64,000 bases of DNA, taken from assembly GCA_020633895.1 (NCBI GenBank), contig JACKCT010000011.1:3607-67606 (forward strand), written 5' to 3'. Below are positions 58,949 through 64,000 of the stretch, piece by piece. The position numbers were made by a program, and so were the translations under genes. Position 1 is the stretch's first letter, and every line of letters begins with the position of its first letter. The DNA comes from Deltaproteobacteria bacterium. GTDB lineage: Bacteria; Lernaellota; Lernaellaia; JACKCT01. The notes under the pieces were generated by a model. The model worked only from the letters and a program-made list of their open reading frames with translations. It was not told where the DNA came from and did no database searches.

Positions 58949-59923
58949 TCACACGGTCAACCCCGCCGCCCGGGCCATCTGCATCGCCATGCGCACGGCG
59001 GCGATCATGCTGGTCGGGGAAGCGACGCCCTGTCCGGCGATGTCCGGCGCGGTGCCGTGGTCGGGGGAGGTGCGGATGATCGGCAGGCCGAGCGTCACGT
59101 TCACCCCCTCGTCGAAATGCAGCAGCTTGAGCGGGATGAGCGCCTGGTCGTGCGTGGGGGCGACGACGACGTCAAAATCGCCGGCTACCGCCCGCACGAA
59201 GATCGTATCCGCCGGATAGGGCCCGGTAATCTCGATGCCCTCCTTGCGCAGGGACGCGACGCACGGCGCCAGCACGTCGATCTCTTCGGTTCCGAACATG
59301 CCGCCCTCCCCCGCGTGGGGGTTCAGGCCCGTCAGCGCGATGCGCGGCGTCTCCAACCCGAAGTAGCGGCGCAGATCCCGGTCGAGGATGCGGATTCGCG
59401 TCTCGACCAGGGCGCGCGTCAGGACGTCGGGCACGTCGCGCAGGGCCATGTGGATAGTCAGCGGCACCACGCGCAACTTCGGCCCGGCGAGCATCATCAC
59501 CGGCGTGGGGATGCCGCAAAGGTCGGCGATCATCTCGGTATGGCCGGGAAAGTCGATGCCCGCCGCGTCGAGCGCCTCCTTGGTGATCGGTCCCGTCACC
59601 ACCGCGTCCACCTTGCGGTCCATCGCCATCGCCACCGCCGCCCGGATGAACGCGGTCTGCAGGCGGCCCCGCGTCGCCAGGTCGAAGGCCGGCGCCGGGT
59701 CCGTCTCGACAGCCGGGTCGACCACCCCCGAGGGCATGACGACCTCCACGCGCCGCGCGGGATCGTCCTCGCGCAGTTTGGCATAGCGGTTGATCGATTC
59801 GTTGAACAGGCCGGGCAGGCCCACCAGGACGGGTTCGCATTCGGTGACGATCAGCGGCAGGGCCTTGGCGATGACCTCGGGCCCGATGCCCGCCGGGTCG
59901 CCCATCGTCAGCGCCACGCGCAC
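58949..59923 (-). CDS. pdxA: 4-hydroxythreonine-4-phosphate dehydrogenase
   Basis: RVALTMGDPAGIGPEVI matches RVVITPGEPAGIGPDLV of PdxA. GHTEMIA and RTSPDHGTAPDIAG motifs. GTG start. Confidence 0.8.
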   Translation of the reverse strand: MRVALTMGDPAGIGPEVIAKALPLIVTECEPVLVGLPGLFNESINRYAKLREDDPARRVEVVMPSGVVDPAVETDPAPAFDLATRGRLQTAFIRAAVAMAMDRKVDAVVTGPITKEALDAAGIDFPGHTEMIADLCGIPTPVMMLAGPKLRVVPLTIHMALRDVPDVLTRALVETRIRILDRDLRRYFGLETPRIALTGLNPHAGEGGMFGTEEIDVLAPCVASLRKEGIEITGPYPADTIFVRAVAGDFDVVVAPTHDQALIPLKLLHFDEGVNVTLGLPIIRTSPDHGTAPDIAGQGVASPTSMIAAVRMAMQMARAAGLTV

Positions 59924-59960
59924 CGGTCGCGGCGATGGTTGTCGGTCGTCGGAGGTGTTC

Positions 59961-60977
59961 TCAGAGGGTGGGCTCAGCGCAAAAATCCTCGACTTTGATA
60001 TCCACGAAGCTCTTTTTGTACAACTCGGCCTTGAGCTTGCGCATCTCCCGTTCGCTATAGTCGCGACGCAGTTCCATGCCGATCTGATCGCGCACGTCCT
60101 CGAAAGCCTTGGTGCCTTCCGCGCTGCGATCCTCGACTTTCAGGATGAAAAATCCCGCCGTGTCGCGAAACACCGTCGAAATCTGCCCCGGCGCCAGATC
60201 GGCCACCGCCCGGCGGTAATCGCGCTTGAGTTCCGAGTCCAGCAGGAATGTGCCCAGATATCCGCCCTTGATCGCCGAGCTGCCGTTGGAAACGGAGCGG
60301 GCCGTCTGCTCGAAATCGGCCCCGGCCAGCAGGGATTCGTACGTGGCCGCCGCCTTGTCGAAGATCGCCTTGGTCTCGGCGTCGGTGGCCAGGGCCGGAA
60401 CGTTGAAGCGGATCTCCCGCAGGCTCACGCGGGTGTCGGCGACGTACTGGTCCTGGTGCTGCTGGTAATAGGCCCGGGCGTCCTCCTCGGTGACGTCCAC
60501 CTTCTCGCGCAGGCGGAAGCGGACGTATTGCTCGGTGAGGATCTGCTTGCGGATCTGATCCCGGAACTCGTCCATGGTTTTGCCTTCCCGGGCCAGTTGG
60601 CGCGACAAGTCGTCCCGGGACATGTTGTTGAGCGACAGGATCTTCTCCAGGCGGGCGTCCACGTCCTGGTCCTCGATGGGAATGCCCAGGCGGGCGACTT
60701 CCCGCTCCAGCAGCTTCTGCTCGATGATCGCGCGCATCGCCTCGCTCTTGAGATTGCAGATGCGCTTCTTTTTGACATCCTCCGCGTCGTCCGAATTGAG
60801 AACGGCGCGAATGGACCCGGCGGCGGCGGCCTCCACCTCGAAGGTGGTGATGACTTCTTCGTCCACCACCGCGGCGATGCGGTTGATGATCTCCGCGCGC
60901 GCCGTGCCCGCCGGCGTCAATATCAGCGCCAACGTCAGCGCAATCGCGACGATCGATGCTACAACGGCCTTGTTCAC
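59961..60977 (-). CDS. surA: SurA-like periplasmic chaperone / peptidyl-prolyl isomerase (PpiC type)
   Basis: SPI signal, SurA N-terminal domain, and a single parvulin domain (SAIKGGYLGTF...GFFILKV). Confidence 0.65.
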   Translation of the reverse strand: MNKAVVASIVAIALTLALILTPAGTARAEIINRIAAVVDEEVITTFEVEAAAAGSIRAVLNSDDAEDVKKKRICNLKSEAMRAIIEQKLLEREVARLGIPIEDQDVDARLEKILSLNNMSRDDLSRQLAREGKTMDEFRDQIRKQILTEQYVRFRLREKVDVTEEDARAYYQQHQDQYVADTRVSLREIRFNVPALATDAETKAIFDKAAATYESLLAGADFEQTARSVSNGSSAIKGGYLGTFLLDSELKRDYRRAVADLAPGQISTVFRDTAGFFILKVEDRSAEGTKAFEDVRDQIGMELRRDYSEREMRKLKAELYKKSFVDIKVEDFCAEPTL

Positions 60978-62005
60978 GACAGACGCACCTCCGCCAGAAG
61001 ATCCTCGTTATAACGCACATCCGCCGTCACGCGGATCTTCTCCATGTAGTCCTCGAACGCGGCCTTGGCCTTGCGCTCGCGGATTTCGTCGACCAGCTCG
61101 CCGCGCACCTTTTCCAGCTCGAGCCGATGGGCCTCGTGCCGATCGGTGACGCGCAGGATATGAAATCCATACTCGGAACGCAAAATCCCCGAGGTCTGCC
61201 CCACGGTCAGGGTGAAGGCGTTTTTCGCGATCACCTCGGGCATCTCCCCGGCGGCGAAAAATCCCAGGTCGCCGCCCAGGCGCGCCTCCGGGGCCTTGGA
61301 AAAACGCCGGGCCAGATCGGCGAAATCAGCGCCGCCGTAGAGTTCGACCAGGATCTTCTCCGCGTCGGCCTCGTTGGTCACGAGGATCTGGTTGGCCCGC
61401 ACCTTTTCCGGCACCTGAAAGCGGTCGGCCTGCAGGCGATACTCGGCGAAGACCTCCGAATCGTCGACCCGCACACCCGGCAGCACCGCCTTTTGGATCA
61501 CCCGATCGATCAGAAGCTGACGGGCAATCTGCCCCTCCAGTTTCGTCCGGGAAAACTGCTCCCGACGCAGCATCGCCTCGAACTCGCCGTCCGGATAGGC
61601 CTTGGCCATTTCGTCCATCCCGGCGGCCACGTCCTCGGGCGTCACGGTCACGCCCAGGGCGACGGCCTGCTGCTTGAGCAGGATTGTCTCCACCATCTCG
61701 GACAGGAAAACGGCCTTGATCTGCAACTGCGTCATGGGGTCTTCGGGGATCGCGGTGATCTTGCCCGTACGCGCCTCGGAAAAGGCCTGCTCAAACTGCT
61801 CCACGCTGATCGTCTCGCCGTTGACCGAAGCCAACACATCGCCGCCCAGGCCCGACGTCGCCGGTTTCGACGCCTTCTGACACCCCGAAACCGACAATGT
61901 CGCCACGATCAACGCCGCCGCCAACCATCCCGACACCCGCCGCGCGACACGGCCGGGCACGCGGATCTCGAAAAATCGTGGGCGGGAAGGCGTTTGGTGG
62001 TGCAT
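60974..62005 (-). CDS. PpiC-type peptidyl-prolyl isomerase (PrsA/SurA-like) lipoprotein
   Basis: LSVSGC lipobox. Parvulin domain ARLGGDLGFFAAGEMP...GFHILRV. Overlaps surA by 4 bp. Confidence 0.6.
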   Translation of the reverse strand: MHHQTPSRPRFFEIRVPGRVARRVSGWLAAALIVATLSVSGCQKASKPATSGLGGDVLASVNGETISVEQFEQAFSEARTGKITAIPEDPMTQLQIKAVFLSEMVETILLKQQAVALGVTVTPEDVAAGMDEMAKAYPDGEFEAMLRREQFSRTKLEGQIARQLLIDRVIQKAVLPGVRVDDSEVFAEYRLQADRFQVPEKVRANQILVTNEADAEKILVELYGGADFADLARRFSKAPEARLGGDLGFFAAGEMPEVIAKNAFTLTVGQTSGILRSEYGFHILRVTDRHEAHRLELEKVRGELVDEIRERKAKAAFEDYMEKIRVTADVRYNEDLLAEVRLS

Positions 62006-62134
62006 GGCTTTGCGTCTCGGTTGCCCGCGCCGGTCGTTGTGAACCGTTCGCGGCGCATAAACATAGCGGCGGACGATAACCGTCCGCCGCCGTGTGCTCT
62101 TGGATAATTGTGGGGCGCACGGCCCGCCGGATCG

Positions 62135-63142
62135 TTACTCGCCGTCTTTATCCGGGCCGCTTTTCAGCATGGACGGCATGCCGGGCATGGACGGCTCGTC
62201 CGGAGCGCCCGCGTCCGGATCGTCGGACAGCAGATCTTCCTTGACGGTCACGGGGAAGCGCTTGCGCAGATTGTCGGTGAACCCGTCGATGCTGGCGCGC
62301 TGGGCCTCCTGCTGGAGCTTGCGTTCGATCTGTTTTTCCACGGTCTCAAACGGCTTGGGCGCCGCGGCTTCCTTGCTGATGAACTGGACGATGTTCCAGC
62401 CCCGGCGATCCTTGAACGGCTCGGAGACCTCGCCTTCCTTGGTCATGGCGAAGGCGACCGCGTCGAACTCGCCGGACTTGAGGCCCTTGCGGATCGGAGG
62501 CAGCTTGCCGCCCTTCTTGGAGGAGCCCCGGTCCTCCGAGTATTCCTCGGCGGCCTTCTCGAAGGTGATCTTGCCCGACTTGATGTCGTTGGAGATGCTC
62601 TTGGCCTTGGCCTCGACTTCGGCGGCCTTGTCGTCCGCGTCACCCTTGCGCACGCGCAGCAGGATGTGGCGAACCTCCACCTTCTCGGGCGTCTCGTACT
62701 CTTCCTTGTGCTCTTCGTAGTACTTCTTCACCTCGTCCGCGGAGATTTCGGGACGATTTTCCATCATCTCTTTTTTCACCCGGCCGGCCAGGATCGACTT
62801 CTTGATCTGGTTGAGCTGGTCCTGGATTTCCGGATCGTCGGCGTACCCCTTGGACAGGGCCTCCTGATAATAGAGTTCTTCCTGCACCAGGCGGTCCAGG
62901 TACTCCATCTTGCCCTTCTTGGTGGCCACGCGCTTGCGGTAGAAGGGGGGAATCTTGTCCAGCTTGGACTGGAAATCTTCCAGCGTGATGGTCTCGTCCC
63001 CCACCTTGGCCAAGGTGGTGCCGCTCTTCTTGGCCGAGCCGCCCGAGGCGCTCGAACCGGACCCGCCGCCCTGCTGGCAGGCCGCCGCCGACAAGGCCAG
63101 CATCATGGAAAGGGCCAACGCCCAAAGCATCGTCTTTTTCAT
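62135..63142 (-). CDS. PpiC-type peptidyl-prolyl isomerase lipoprotein (third tandem PPIase)
   Basis: MKKTMLWALALSMMLALSAAAC lipobox. Parvulin domain VRHILLRV...SKKGGKLPPIRKG...GWNIVQF. Confidence 0.6.
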   Translation of the reverse strand: MKKTMLWALALSMMLALSAAACQQGGGSGSSASGGSAKKSGTTLAKVGDETITLEDFQSKLDKIPPFYRKRVATKKGKMEYLDRLVQEELYYQEALSKGYADDPEIQDQLNQIKKSILAGRVKKEMMENRPEISADEVKKYYEEHKEEYETPEKVEVRHILLRVRKGDADDKAAEVEAKAKSISNDIKSGKITFEKAAEEYSEDRGSSKKGGKLPPIRKGLKSGEFDAVAFAMTKEGEVSEPFKDRRGWNIVQFISKEAAAPKPFETVEKQIERKLQQEAQRASIDGFTDNLRKRFPVTVKEDLLSDDPDAGAPDEPSMPGMPSMLKSGPDKDGE

Positions 63143-63199
63143 CGTCCTCATACTCCTTGACGATATTCGGCGCACGCCGATCGGCGTTCACCTGTCACA

Positions 63200-64000
63200 T
63201 TAAATCTCAACTTCGGATCCCGACGCGTTGCCCAAGTTGTCGGAGGAACGGCGGTTTCTAACACACATCGAAAGCGCGTTCAAGCCCGACTGAACAGCGT
63301 CCGGCACCGATTCGGGCCGAAGTCGTCCCACCTTTTCCATGAGCCGACCGTCCGGCAAAAGACGGAAGCGGGACGCGTCGGCCGTCACCATCGCCACCAG
63401 CGCCGAGGCCGTCACCGGGGTCGATTCGTGGAAGGCGAACACCAGGTTCTCTCCCGAATAGTCGATCCCGGTCACGCGTAGGGGCTGGGCGGTGATTTTG
63501 ATGCGCATCACCGTCAAAAGGTTCCCGACTTCGAGAGGAATTTCTCCGAACCGGTCCAAAAGTTCGTCCCGGATCGCTCCCAGGGCGTCCGGATCGCCCG
63601 CGTCGGCGATGCGTTTGTAGGTCGCCAGGCGCACCGACGCCTCGGGAACGTAATCCTCGGGGATGAAGGCCGGCAGGGGCAGATTGATCTCCGTGTCGAT
63701 CTTTTCCTCGACCACCTCGCCCTTCAGGCGCGCGATCTCGTCGTCGAGCAGCTCCCGATAAAGCTCGTAGCCGATCATGGCGATCTGCCCGGACTGTTCG
63801 GCCCCCAAAAGGTTGCCCGCGCCGCGAATCTCCATGTCCTTGGCCGCGATCTTGTAGCCGCTGCCCAGGTCCGTGAAGGTCTTGATGGCCGCCAGGCGCT
63901 TGCGGGCGTCCTGGCTGACGTTGGCGCCCTCGGGGATGACCAGATAGCAGTACGCCCGCACCTTCGAGCGCCCGACGCGGCCGCGAAGCTGATAGAGCTG
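63200..64000 (-). CDS. mfd: Transcription-repair coupling factor, C-terminal part (gene continues beyond the window)
   Basis: Frame open to the window edge (QLYQLRGRVGRSKVRAYCYLVIPEG). TRCF C-terminal domain IPEDYVPEASVRLATYKRIA. Confidence 0.8.
   Translation of the reverse strand, partial: QLYQLRGRVGRSKVRAYCYLVIPEGANVSQDARKRLAAIKTFTDLGSGYKIAAKDMEIRGAGNLLGAEQSGQIAMIGYELYRELLDDEIARLKGEVVEEKIDTEINLPLPAFIPEDYVPEASVRLATYKRIADAGDPDALGAIRDELLDRFGEIPLEVGNLLTVMRIKITAQPLRVTGIDYSGENLVFAFHESTPVTASALVAMVTADASRFRLLPDGRLMEKVGRLRPESVPDAVQSGLNALSMCVRNRRSSDNLGNASGSEVEI

Overview
This 64-kb window is high-GC (about 65-68% by eye) bacterial chromosome, read only from the supplied six-frame ORF track and the raw sequence; no searches were run. 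The gene content looks Deltaproteobacteria-like (Desulfobacterota or Myxococcota style): an mfd, three PPIase/SurA, pdxA, uvrA block at 55.7-64 kb, and a TetR-EtfB-EtfA-membrane FeS oxidoreductase operon at 30.8-35.8 kb. This taxonomic placement is inference. About 54 CDS and one tRNA-Leu(TAG) are called. Roughly 1-30 kb and 39-52 kb read as accessory: they are packed with secreted or lipidated hydrolases and repeat proteins. Calls include two beta-propeller repeat lipoproteins, an arylsulfotransferase-like propeller, an S8 subtilase, two paralogous alpha/beta hydrolases, a ceramidase-like protein, an M19 dipeptidase, an S41 Ctp, a GDSL hydrolase, an outer-membrane beta-barrel protein, a 794-aa ankyrin-repeat lipoprotein and three GT-C glycosyltransferases. 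The main candidate for an undescribed system is a recurring targeting or tether module: a signal peptide ending in a lipobox Cys, then Gly-Gly, then a long poly-aspartate (DDDx)n tract. It sits on seven otherwise unrelated exported proteins. Two SPI-secreted proteins carry a mirror-image C-terminal version, (DDDx)n followed by G-C-G-[C/S] at the C-terminus. Several of these proteins also have poly-Thr mucin-like linkers, and three GT-C glycosyltransferases are encoded nearby. Intergenic regions hold at least three families of short GC-rich interspersed repeats. One is a 233-bp MITE-like element with perfect 29-bp terminal inverted repeats. Another is a 32-nt hairpin plus AGTGTGGCACCC element present in 5 copies.
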